In this document: positions 23,871 through 35,100 of the stretch, in pieces
Layout of the letters: each line of letters opens with the position of its first letter
Numbering within the stretch: position 1 is the first letter of the stretch
DNA from: Eutreptiella sp. 'Long Island Sound 2002'
Lineage: Eukaryota; Protista; Euglenida
DNA: 64,000 bases
Assembly: GCA_964036045.1 (NCBI GenBank)
Contig: OZ038378.1
Location: 166,098,001 to 166,162,000, forward strand
Reading direction: 5' to 3'
Notes under the pieces: generated by a model
Seen by the model: only the letters and a program-made list of their open reading frames with translations
Databases searched by the model: none
Told to the model about the DNA's origin: nothing
Program-made: the position numbers and the translations under genes

Positions 23871-24703
23871 TCGTTCGACAAACGGGAATGGAGTTCGGGT
23901 TGTATGTTGCCTGAAGTAGGCTGCGCGTTCCAGGGTACCACCAGGAGGAAGGGTGCACCGGTCCCACAAGGGACTACCATAAGGAGAGGTGCTGAGGCCA
24001 TTCAGCCAGAGCCCATTGGGGCCTTGAGGGCCTTTAGGCAAGGCGCTGAGAAGTGAGAATAAGGCCAGTTGGTTGGGGGCTTGTGAGGATTCACATGCCA
24101 ATATGCGTATTCTCTTGCATTTGGTGTCAAGGTAGAAATGGTATCAACCTTGCAGCTCATGGGAGCACATTCTGCGGGCTATTTGGAGAGAGGAACAACA
24201 TGATTGCAAGAGCTGACCATGGTACGGGATGGTCTCACCTCAGCCTTGGAGGGGGAAGAGCTGACCCAGGCGGCCCATGAAACATTCAATCACCGTATAA
24301 CAGCGGTGACCTCAAGGCAGCATTCGGTGCAGAGCAGGAGGCAAAAAACATTGATATTGTCATGGTTGAACATGATTAAAGTGAACACGTAGAGCATGAG
24401 GTCAGGATCATGCTTGTCATTTCAAAACCTGACATCATGGCACCACACCACCTGCCTTGCTCAACAAACACCCATAGTCGAACTGCACTCTTCTTGACAC
24501 ACCTTTTTTTTTTGTTAAGAAATGATATCAAGCATATCCGAGGTTTGCCCCATGCAAACCAAAGTTTGACCCATGCTGGAACCCCACATAGTCTTGTGTC
24601 GCTGGTGCATGTTCATCCCTATATCCTTTGTTAGACTGTTTTTCATAAACCGCATGGCACATGGTGGCAGTTGATGTAATGTCCACCTGAAGGCCACAAG
24701 ACG

Positions 24704-25525
24704 ATGAAGTGTGATGGGAACAGCTCCCGCCTGGACATCATCGAATTTTTGGTAACGAGGCGGCTCAAAACGTTTGAATACCTGAAGAAATGTCTTGATG
24801 GGCAAGCGCTATGGCTCGACGCCGTGGTCATCACCCCCGAAGATATTTGCCGATATTGCCAGGGCTCTGATGGTGCGATGGAGAAGCGGGCACAGAAATG
24901 GTTCTTCTTGGGCCTCAGCATTGCCCCGCTGCTGGACATGGCCAATGGCCCCACGTTTGTTTCTTCGCTGGAGAACATATTTCAGGAGTGGGACTACTTC
25001 TTCTCAACGTTTGTGGGGCAGTCGTGGAAATGGGCAATGTCCAAGGCCACATGGGTGGTCTCTGGGGCTGTGGAGATATCCCGGAGGGCAATGGAAACGT
25101 CTGAGCCTTCATCGGTGCAGGAGGCCCAGCCTCTGCAGACGTTGGTGGTCCCGTCCATGTGCTCCCCTGTGGACTACTACGAAGTGGCATACACGTTGCT
25201 TGAGATCTTGTCGCTTGTGTACCTGAAATTCACAGATGAATCCAGTGCCACTGCCTCCGGGTACTACTCCATTGTGCAAGTGGACGCTTGGTTCAAGGAC
25301 AACGTCTTGTCTTTCCTTTCCAAAGACCTCACCGCTGTGAGTCAGAGGGTTGTCCAGCAGCAGTTGACAAGTTTGGATGCCCTTTTTGAGGGTCTTAAAG
25401 CCGCAGATCGGGGGCAGGAGGATGATTGGCTCACGGTTGCCCCAAACAGTCCAATGCCGCAGACCAGGCCTCCCGTTGCTTTGCAGGATGCACAGCAGCC
25501 TGGAGCCGAAAGTGTGCAGGAGTAG
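24704..25525 (+). CDS. Conserved hypothetical protein, 273 aa, intronless
   Basis: Clean ATG-TAG ORF with globular composition and GC3 bias. The pattern RRLKTFEYLKK..DG..LW / RA..WF.LGLS...LLD / P..VDYYE...TL.EIL..VY resembles, from memory, an uncharacterised eukaryotic family seen in fungi; not verified. Confidence 0.72.
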   Translation: MKCDGNSSRLDIIEFLVTRRLKTFEYLKKCLDGQALWLDAVVITPEDICRYCQGSDGAMEKRAQKWFFLGLSIAPLLDMANGPTFVSSLENIFQEWDYFFSTFVGQSWKWAMSKATWVVSGAVEISRRAMETSEPSSVQEAQPLQTLVVPSMCSPVDYYEVAYTLLEILSLVYLKFTDESSATASGYYSIVQVDAWFKDNVLSFLSKDLTAVSQRVVQQQLTSLDALFEGLKAADRGQEDDWLTVAPNSPMPQTRPPVALQDAQQPGAESVQE

Positions 25526-25654
25526 CACAAGCTGTGGAAGGGGCGAATGCGCAGGCATCGGACCAAAGACGGAGCAGTACTTGATTGTAGCGGCTCGTGC
25601 CAAAAACCCGGAGGCACAGTTCATAACTCGGTTCACTCGACTCTGCTTACATTG

Positions 25655-25985
25655 CCGCATTGTGTGTGTATGTGGATGCAGTGTATGTGTGCAGTGTATG
25701 TGTGCGTGTATGTTGTGTGTGCAACGTGTGTGCAACATGTGTGTAGTGTGTGTGCATGTGGTATGGTGTGCTCTGTCACAATGATGTACTGTGGTGTGGT
25801 GTCCTGTTGTGTTCTGTGGTGTGGTGTGGTGGCTGTGGTGTGGTGCCGTGTGGTGTGGTATGGTATGGTGGGGTGTTGTATCTTGTTGGCTGGTATCATG
25901 TCATGTGCTCTCGTGTCGTGTCGTGTCATGTCATGTTGTGGTGTTATGTCGTGGCATGTCATGTCATGTCATGTCATGTCGCCAC
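25655..25985. repeat. Compound microsatellite (TG)n to (TGTGG)n to (TGTCG/TGTCA)n
   Basis: Direct reading. Confidence 0.85.
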
Positions 25986-28258
25986 CGCCCTCTGATTGTA
26001 CACGCAATGGAAACACAATGCACACGTGCATGCGCGCCACACCTCTGTAGGAGACATGCCGGTTAGCCACACTGTCTGGCTTTACGAATCCTTCTCCGCT
26101 AGATCTGACGTAACATCTCCACTACAACTGTCATATCTAGTTTTCTCGACTATATATGCAACAGATTGATCTTGGGTTGCTTCGGCGTGGCAGTACCCAC
26201 TGCACTACCATGCACCAGAGTAACCTGCAGGCACAGGCCCAGGTTGTCCACTCGGGGCACAGGATTCATCGCGTGACTGCACTGTGTCCTGCAGCACTGG
26301 TGTAGAGACCGAGCGCCCTCCTGCTACTCAGCGCACGCCTGATGTATAAAACAAAAAGTCATGTCATGTCGTGTCTCTTCGTGTGTTGTGGTGCACTGCC
26401 CAGTCCTATCATGCAATGCCCGTAGCGGCAGTGAGGTTGGTGGGACCCGGGCCCGCGTCCGGGCAAGTAGACCTTGGCTCTTCGCTGCTGAGTTACTGGA
26501 AACCGTTCGGTGAGCCCTACAGCCTTGCAACTCTTGGGTTGCAGACGACACAACCGCCCCCCCCCCCCCCGCGCCACACCTGATCCAATTTTGCCCCATG
26601 ACCTCATCGCCGCTGCAACCTCCACGTGCATTGAGCCATGCCGATATCAACATGCAAAAAGTACCGCTTTTAGTCAGTCTGCTAGGCCCTGTGCACACCA
26701 GCTCCCGTACACACCAGCCCCTATACACACCGGTCCTGGTGCACACCAGCCCCCTGCACGCACCAGCCACCACACAGATTATCAAACTAGTGCAAACCAA
26801 CCAGTCTTGTCCACGGGCGGTTTGCATCTCAGCTGCCAAGTTTACAGCCAACCCCAGCCACCGATCTTGCAATCAGGGTGCCTTTCTTTGGCACGACACA
26901 AAGGGCCCGCGTGAGCACCGACCACTATGGCCCTGTGATCAGGGGCTTGCTTCGATTTTCATTCCAGCCAAGGGGTGGGTGGGTTGGGGGGTGCTCACCT
27001 AGATCCCCTCGCCCTCCCTCCACACTCCGCCCTTCCTCAGCTGAAAAGCAGATTTTTTTGGACGTTTCTCAGTGGCACCAAAATTTTTTGTTCCACGCTG
27101 TGAGCACATGTTGAGAAGATGATTTGTGACTGATATCTACCCCATTGCAATTATGTTCCAAAATCAATGTTTGCGAACCTTCCATTTCAGCTTCGTGGTC
27201 ACACTGCTGCCCCACTCAAAATGTGCGGGATAAACGTAGACTCAAAGGTGCAAAGCGTCCACTACAGTTCACCAGAATTCCATCTACTGAGTGAATCACT
27301 GTTCAACACTTTTGCACTTTCTTTGCCTTGGATACTTTTTGGCGTCTTCATTGCTGGTATGGCCAGTTCATGCATCCGTTCTTTTGCTTTTTGCCCCACC
27401 CCCCCCCTCCCCCCGCAACACAGCACCACGCCCAAATGGGACCTCTTTTTTGCTACTGTCCACAGCAAAGAGGCTTGCTTTGCATGCACTTTTTTTTTTT
27501 TTTGTTTTTTTTGGATGAGGCGGGCCGTGTCCGGGGGCTGGAGGGTGAGGGAAGGCATGATGATCAGCAGCGGTGGGAGTGTATTCCTTGAGATGCTGCA
27601 GCTTGTCGGGATGCTTGTATTTTTGGTGTGGCTGGCTGATTCGCCTATCAACAATTTACTGACGTTTCACCAAGGGGGGGTATATCATGCTGACATCGTT
27701 CCATCTTTTGCGACCCAAGTCTGCATATTGATGGTACTCTGTGTTTTTCAATGTCTTCGTACGTGCCTTGTCCGTTTCCATGGTCAAACAAGTTGCCCAT
27801 TTTACTACCATGGTTCATCTACTCTGCAAAGGGGTTGCCCACACTGCTATGATGGCAGGGGCAAGTATACACACACCTTTAGCTCCCTACTAGCAGGACA
27901 CCACGTGGCTGTCAATGGTACACACCTGCATGCAAGACATGGACCTGTGGCTCACGTCTGCCATGTGCAATGTCCTTGCCATCAACAGGGCAAGTGCACA
28001 CCGAGTTATGAGCTCGTGGTGATGCAGCACCATCGAAGAGACATGCATGTCGGTCTCGCGATAATTTTTAGGAGCATGACGCCTATATCCGATCACTGAT
28101 GGAGGAACGGGTGTTGTTTGAGCCACAAAAGGGCCCGCAGCCCAACAGCGACCAACTCAGCCGCTCAGTTCAAACTGTTCCGAAGGATGGACCCAGAGAC
28201 ACCTTGTATTGTGCAGCCTACCGGCTATCCGGAGTTGGATATAATGTGGGAGGTCGAT

Positions 28259-29032
28259 CCCGGTGGGGCAGCCGGGCCCGGTCCTTGTATGCAACACCCC
28301 CCAGCCTCCCGAGTTTTGAAACATAGCGGTGCAGGGGCCGTGGCACCAACGGCGCCAAATTTTTTGTCCCATGCTTAGTTGAAGGGGGTACTATGCCTTT
28401 TGTCCTTAAGACCCTTAAGACTTTCCTCCCGGCAAAGACGAGAAATCGCTATTATCGCATACATACCTCTATACCCCCATGCCCCCCAGACAGGATTTGC
28501 TCGGCACACCGACATAGACAGTGTGCCACATGTGCCGCGGTGGGAAGAGGGGTGCGGCACTGCTGCGCCCGGGGGCACGTTGGGCATCCCCCCCCTTCTG
28601 CGCAGGAGCGCAGCCGAGGGGCGGCACTCACCCGCACGTCCGGTGCATGAACACCGGGAAAGGGGGGGGGACTCCGGCGTCCAAGCGACCCAAGGCAGGG
28701 GTCTAGCCGGCGCTCAGGGGCCCACGAGAGCGAGCGCTGAAGAGAGTGCCGGAGGGAGCCCCCCCCCCCCCCCCCTCCCGCAAGCGGCCGTGCCGAGGAG
28801 TGCAGCATGTGGCCCTCCCCCTGTTCTTCCCCCATGCCCCCCAGACACACACACCCCTTGAGGTATGCATGTGGTAGTAATGGGTCGCGCGCAGCCCCCC
28901 CCCCCCCCGGCCGAGCTGCCAATAACCCCCCCTCCCCCCCACCCACCCTCCCGCGGACCCCCCCCCCCCAAGTTTTGGCAGATAGCTGGGGGGGGTGTCG
29001 CATCAGGACCGGTTGTAGTCGCCCCCCCCGGG
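28259..29032. mobile_element. Non-autonomous TIR element, copy 1 (with about 355 bp extra internal segment)
   Basis: Termini cccggtgggg / ccccccccggg; subterminal IR ggtccttgtatgcaacacccccagc versus gctggggggtgtcgcatcaggacc; degenerate 8-bp TSD aggtcgat/aggccgag; nearly identical to 54140-54549 outside the extra segment. Confidence 0.85.
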
Positions 29033-32000
29033 AGGCCGAGTTGATTGGCTCACTTCGCCTTGGAGGGATATAGCGGCAGACCCTAGGCACTTCCTAGTAC
29101 CCACTTGTCTCAAGTGTCTGAGTCCTACATGACGTGTCTAACATCATTTGTCTCAGTCCATTATGTTTCTACATTCACCCGAGGGCACATGCAGGATGAG
29201 ACTTGTGACTACATGTTTGCTAGAGTGTACAAGTCCCTATGGGCATCCTTCTTGGATGGGCATCACTGCACAAAGTCTGTAGTTATGGCAAGAACATCTG
29301 TACACATTGCTAGGCAATCACCCCTATGTGCGCTTCCTGTACATGTTGTTTCAAAACTAACAAAAAAGAAGTGTGACATCAAGCATGTGCATTAGGATGA
29401 CTTTCGATGCATGTTAGATTATAATTGACACATGCAAATTGGGGTAGGTAGGGGTGCTTGGGAAAACCTTCCCAATAATGGCTATGGTGTGTGCCCTCTT
29501 CCGTAGTGGTTTGAAGCTTGCTCAGCTTGAAGGTGTTGCTTTTTTTCCAGCAAGCCACCCAATGAACATCTCAACATGAATGATCTCTCATTCCCAAAAG
29601 CCTCATGTTGCTTTGTCAATGTGTTTTCCTGGGAAGGGGATTGACCACATACCCCCTGGTGCCTTTTTTGAGGGGGGTTGTAAACGTGTGCATTCATATC
29701 CAATCTGCAGCCTCTGGCGCCTTTCGGACTGAAAACACTGTCCATCAACCACCTGCTGGTCAAAGCAGTGAAACCTTGCTGGCCGTTGCACAAAAGGGAT
29801 GGGGGGGGGGTATGTTGGACAAGCAGAGGGGTACAAAGAGAGTGCCTGGGTGCCAGGGAGATGTGAAGCTGGGGCTAAGTGGGAGTGTTTACATGGGAAA
29901 GTGTTCCCCTTTGCTTTCGGAAAACGCGCTATCCATATGAATGTAATGGACACGTGTGAAAGCTGTGGGTCGTTCCCTTTGGGCCCCGGGTTTTCTAGGG
30001 ATCAAGTGTATTTTACGCATAGGATGCCCATCTCCAAGAATCATTGTTGAGTATTGTGGTTGAGCTCTTTCAGTCAGTCAGCAATAAAGAATAAAGTTGG
30101 GTGAGAGGTGGGGTTGCAACAGGTTAGAGGGGTATGGGGGCCAGTGTTATGCTGTGGCTGTGACCTTGCCTGCTGGAGCACAGAGTGGGACTGGGGCCGG
30201 GGTGCCAGGCTTAAGCAACCGACTAGGAGTCGTATCTGGTGCATGAACTGTGACGACACTTTAAAGTTGCATGGCTGTGAGCACACATTCGTTTCATCAG
30301 TAATGGTTGTCACTTGAAGCACTCTTTGCTTGACTTTTCCAATGCAACACGGCCACGTGATTCAAGCAATGGATCAAGACGAGTCCCAGGGTATGTTGCC
30401 CGATCCGACGTGTCTGTGGGAGTGTCCCATGCACTGTGTGTGCACCGTGCAAATATTTTTGTCAAATGTGCAGCGCAGTGACCCAGATTTCTCACGTGTC
30501 TTTCCTGCAAATTCTAGTCACAAACGAGAAGCGAAGAACAGCAACTCGACACCAGTTCGGATGCTTGCCATGATCGACGTTCCACTTGAGTGAGGGAGTA
30601 GATGGCGGTGACAAAAACAGTAAATGATGCTCTATAGTGAGCCTGCAATGGTACCAATCGGCATACTGTCTGAAAAGTGGGTGACTGGAACTTGGAACGC
30701 CCTGTATTTCAAGTTATCTTGGCGCTGTTAATATGTACAAAGCCTGTGCACAACCTTGATGCATTTTTGTTGAACACTTGGACTGCCGTAGTGGGGGAAG
30801 GTTGTTGAAGGTGTGCAACGTGCACACCAACTCCCAACATGGATATTTCGCTGCTAAAATGGCACCACCCCTATTTAGCTTCTTTACTTGGGAACGAATC
30901 TTTCTGTGGGGTGAGGCACCGGCCCCCCCATTGAAGGGATTTTAGTCTTGGGGGAGTACTTGCGCCGCGCGTGCCGCGCACTACTTCTGCGGGGATTACA
31001 CCGGAACGTCCTGATTTTTACTCCCTCCCGAAAGGAGCCTCTTGTCATACAGGGCGGCAGCTCTCCAGAAACCCGCGCGACTTGCCCCTTGGGTGAGTCT
31101 GGGAGCTGGAATGGGTAGAAGCCCCATGGACTATTGCTCCTTAATATGATTTCCTTCCTTTTACTCCCTCCCGAAATGGCCCGTTGGAAGAGCAAACGCT
31201 TTGGCCACAGAAATTGTATAAACACCCCTCCTTCGCACAAACATTGCAATCAAGAGCACAAAACAATGGACACCCACCTCATAATCTTTGAAATGGCCTT
31301 TGGCCCGTTGTGGCCCTTCACGGTCCCAAACGAATACATCTGCAGAGGTGCCCAGTACTAGTGGACAAATCCAAATGACAACACAACACCTTTCCCATAC
31401 ATGTCACCAAAGACTGCACCGCACACACACACCACGTGCGTGCCGTGCCAGGTGCTCCCCCCTTTACTGCTTTATTCATCTTTGCACAACTGTACATGAA
31501 AGTTCACAAGCTGTTGGGTTTTAGTTTTGAGAATTGCACGGAGATATGGGGTCTAATGAAGGTCGCATGAAGGTCAAAAACACCGTTCCAAAATTGATCA
31601 AAAAGACGTTGAGTTGAAATCAGCGGTGCAGTGCAGCAGGGGAATCTTTAAAGACTGCACCCCAACTTTTTTGAGTAACGCTTCATCCCATGGTTGAAAG
31701 CATTATTGAAAACGTGCATGTTTAAAAAATCGCATGCGCACATGAACTGCACATCTTGTATCAATGTTTCTGATACTTTTTGTCTTCGCTCCTTAACGGT
31801 TTTGTTCAGCCTTTTGCACATCTGTAGGATAGTTCAGTGTCTGGGAATCATGCCAAAGCTTTCGCATGCAAGTGTGTACCGTGCTTGTGGACGAATGCTT
31901 GGAGCCCTCGGGAATTATTTCAACATCCCATCCCTTCTCTTTGCAAACCTGTGGCACATGTGCTTGCATTCCAGCGAGTTCAGATCTTGAAAATTTTCTC

Positions 32001-32068
32001 CAGTATGATTCTACAATTTAGGAACGCACAATCCTGTATCTGCAACAATTGAGCAACACTGCAAGCAG

Positions 32069-32167
32069 CGAGACCGCTGGTCGAGCCGATCGTCCTTCAT
32101 CCTTGCATCTATTGGATCTGCTGTGGGGCTTGGCAACTTCTGGAGATTCCCATTTTTGACGTATAAG
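32069..32167 (+). CDS. SLC6 exon, TM1 ([11 protein letters not shown])
   Basis: cag|cga...aag|gtgcac. Confidence 0.93.
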
Positions 32168-35100
32168 GTGCACCATCGCCTGGGCTCGAACCCCCCCATT
32201 CCTGAGAATGCTCCTTCAACGGAGTGCTAGCGAAAATGTAACAACTTGCCCTTTCAGCAGCACCAAAGGGGAGGGGATGCGTATGAGCCCTGAACCCCAT
32301 TGGGAGGGATTGGGTGCGTATGAGCCCTGAACCCCATGACTCCTCATGCCTGCCTTCCTCGACTTCTCGTATCTTGGGTGGAGCAAGTATGGGGGGGGGG
32401 GCTTGAAGCCTGGCAACAGGCCCTCGGATGATTCATCATCCCACTGGGCTCTCCAACAGGCTGAGCCCCTCGATGAACATGGAGGTTTTTGATCGGGGGA
32501 AAGTGGGGTACAGTAGTAGTGGCACCTTGATCCAAAGTTGCAGAAAATGACACCATTGGCGCGGGGTGGGGGGGCCGGGGGTCGTTTGACTAGCTGGAAC
32601 TTGTGGGAGCACCTCGGGACCCAGTGAGCTCTTATAGCTGTCCAGAGGACTACCCCCTCTTGCAACCTCCCCCCCCCATAGGGGGAGACGTCACTTTGAC
32701 AAGAAAGCGTAGGAACTACTAGGCGCCGAAGCAAAATTTTCTTTAGGTTATACTGGAACTGCTGCAGTTTTAGGGCTACCATTGTGTGGTGCCCCCCCCC
32801 CCCCCCCCAGGGGGGCCGGCCTGACATTGGGGGGGGGATTACAAGGGGGGTGAGGGGGAGGCCAAGGGGTGTTGAGAACGACAGCACATTGCGCGCATGA
32901 TTTTTCTGGGTGCCGTCGCGCTTCACTGCCCCTGTGCATTGCTGGGCCAGATGGATCGCTATCTGCAAAAACATATAGTTTAGCAATATGAGCCCTGTTC
33001 AGGAGCCCTGCCAGAAGTGGGGCTTTTCTGTGGGCAGCCAATTTTGACACATGCAACCCCCCCACCCTTGTGTCCAACGAACGCCCTTGCCCAGCAAACA
33101 CTTCATGTTGGGACCATTTTTTTCTGATACCCAAACTAATTAGGTACCGAGTTTCAGAAGACAGGATTCAGGCTGGAGGATTCAGGAAATGAGGAGGCGG
33201 TTGTCATGTGTCTTGCAATAACGCTTGGAACATTTGTAAAACAGGATGTCAGGTTCTGGTATACCTCAACTGGTGGACCACAAATTGCCTACCATGACTG
33301 ATTCTCTACTTGCACCTGGCTGGGGGGTGCTAGACCACAAACACGCAAATGGTACCACACTGGTGAGCTTGTAACAGCCACAATTGTTGGGCCTTCCACA
33401 CAAGGAGATGAATTTGTACGCTTCCTGCGGGAGCATGTTCAGCTTTTCAGGATGAAAAGGGACTGCAAGAAGGCTTCTACTCTGGAAAGTGGTATTTGAA
33501 GCATCCATCCCCTTTGTGCTTTGTATGGGTGGGGTATCTTGTGCTTAGGGAGGTGTTTTGGGAGTTCATAAGGTTGCCGCGCGCACTGAACACCCTGTCC
33601 AGTGAACACCTGGTGCTCGGACTGTATTTTTTGGGGGCATTCCCTGGACACAGTGGGGGGAGGGGGGGGCAGGGGGTTAGCTTTGGTGGTGGGAGTGACG
33701 GCACCCTGCCTGGGCTTCTCATTGCCACATAAGGAACAAATCTGTGTGAGAGTCTGTGTGAGAGTCTGAGTCAGAGCTGACGTGCGAAACCAACTTTGCC
33801 TTCAGCCCAGAGTGGCATGCAGGACTGCATGGAGCCCAGAGTGGCATGCAGAGCAAATTTGCACAACTTCTTGCAAAAACAAAGGCCCCGCACTTTCTCA
33901 AAACAGTTTGTCCCAAAGCCCCTTGACAGAAGAGCCACTTTTCCTACTTCAGCCCCCCCCCCCCCAATTAGGTCCAGGGCTCATGTGCACACACACGCAC
34001 ACACACACGTCCCAATGGGGTTAGGGGCTCATACGTACCCCCCCCCCCCACCACCACCAATGGGGCTCGGGGCTCACATGCACTCACCCCTCCCCAGTTC
34101 ATATGCACCCCCCTCCCAATGGGGTTTGGGAATCAAGCACACACCCCTCCTAATGACTCCCAATGGGGTTCGGGTCTCATCCGCCCCCCCCCCCCCTGGG
34201 GTTGGGGGCAAACGGTGCACGTACTTTGAAGACATACTTTCGCGGTCACGCTTCATGCTGCAGCTCCTCTCTGTGGTTGGGGTTGGGTGGGTTACTGGAG
34301 TTAAGGGTTAAGCAAGCTGGCCTCTGCCACCGGCCATGGCTTCATTATTTGGGCCTTAGCTATGAAAAACCCAGTGGGTACTGGCTGGTTGGAGTTGGAG
34401 CACGCTGTGTGAAGGCGGGCGTGGCTGGAGCACAGTGGCAGGTCCACCCCTTATCTGTTGTCGTTGAACAATTTTTCCTTCCAGAAAATTCAGTAGATAT
34501 GATGAGACTCGGTAGGTGCTTTGTGCGCTTTGTTTACGCATTGTGAAATGTTGTCGCCCCATCTTGAAGTGTGCCAAACCACCACAACACATCTGCAATA
34601 AATGGGACTGTCGGCATAAAGCAGCTACACGCGCAGCGCAGCATCAATGCAGTATAAGCCCCCACCCTTTCCGCAAGCATGGCACAGGTCAAATGGGGAA
34701 TCTGTATTCACGTGCAACAAGCAGATGTTTCACCACACTCCGGGTCCATGTCGACTGATCAACGGTCTCAATCCACCAGCCTGTCCAGAAATGGGTTGCA
34801 TTGCAAGTCAGAGTGTTGTTATGAGTGAAAACCAACTTTCGCATACAACACTCCGCCCCTCTTTCCAAACCGCAATTGGTTCATATCCGTGTCATCCAAC
34901 ATTCTGAACGAAAAAAAAACTGCAGTCAATTTTTGACAGATGGGTTCATGGTGCCCAGACCAGGCTTCGCTTGCACATGGCAATGCAATGCGGAAGAATT
35001 TGTCTTTGAATTTTAGTGTTTGACTGATTGGTTCCGCGTCGTCTGAGTTCATTGTGCTTCGATGATACGCGTGCCTGCAGAATTGTACCTAGAAAACTCA

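Noticed and set aside
30340-30600. Candidate first exon(s) of the SLC6 gene (MDQDESQ|gtatgt)
   Set aside because: Phase 1 donor does not join the phase 0 exon at 32069, and the nearby candidate exon has a stop.
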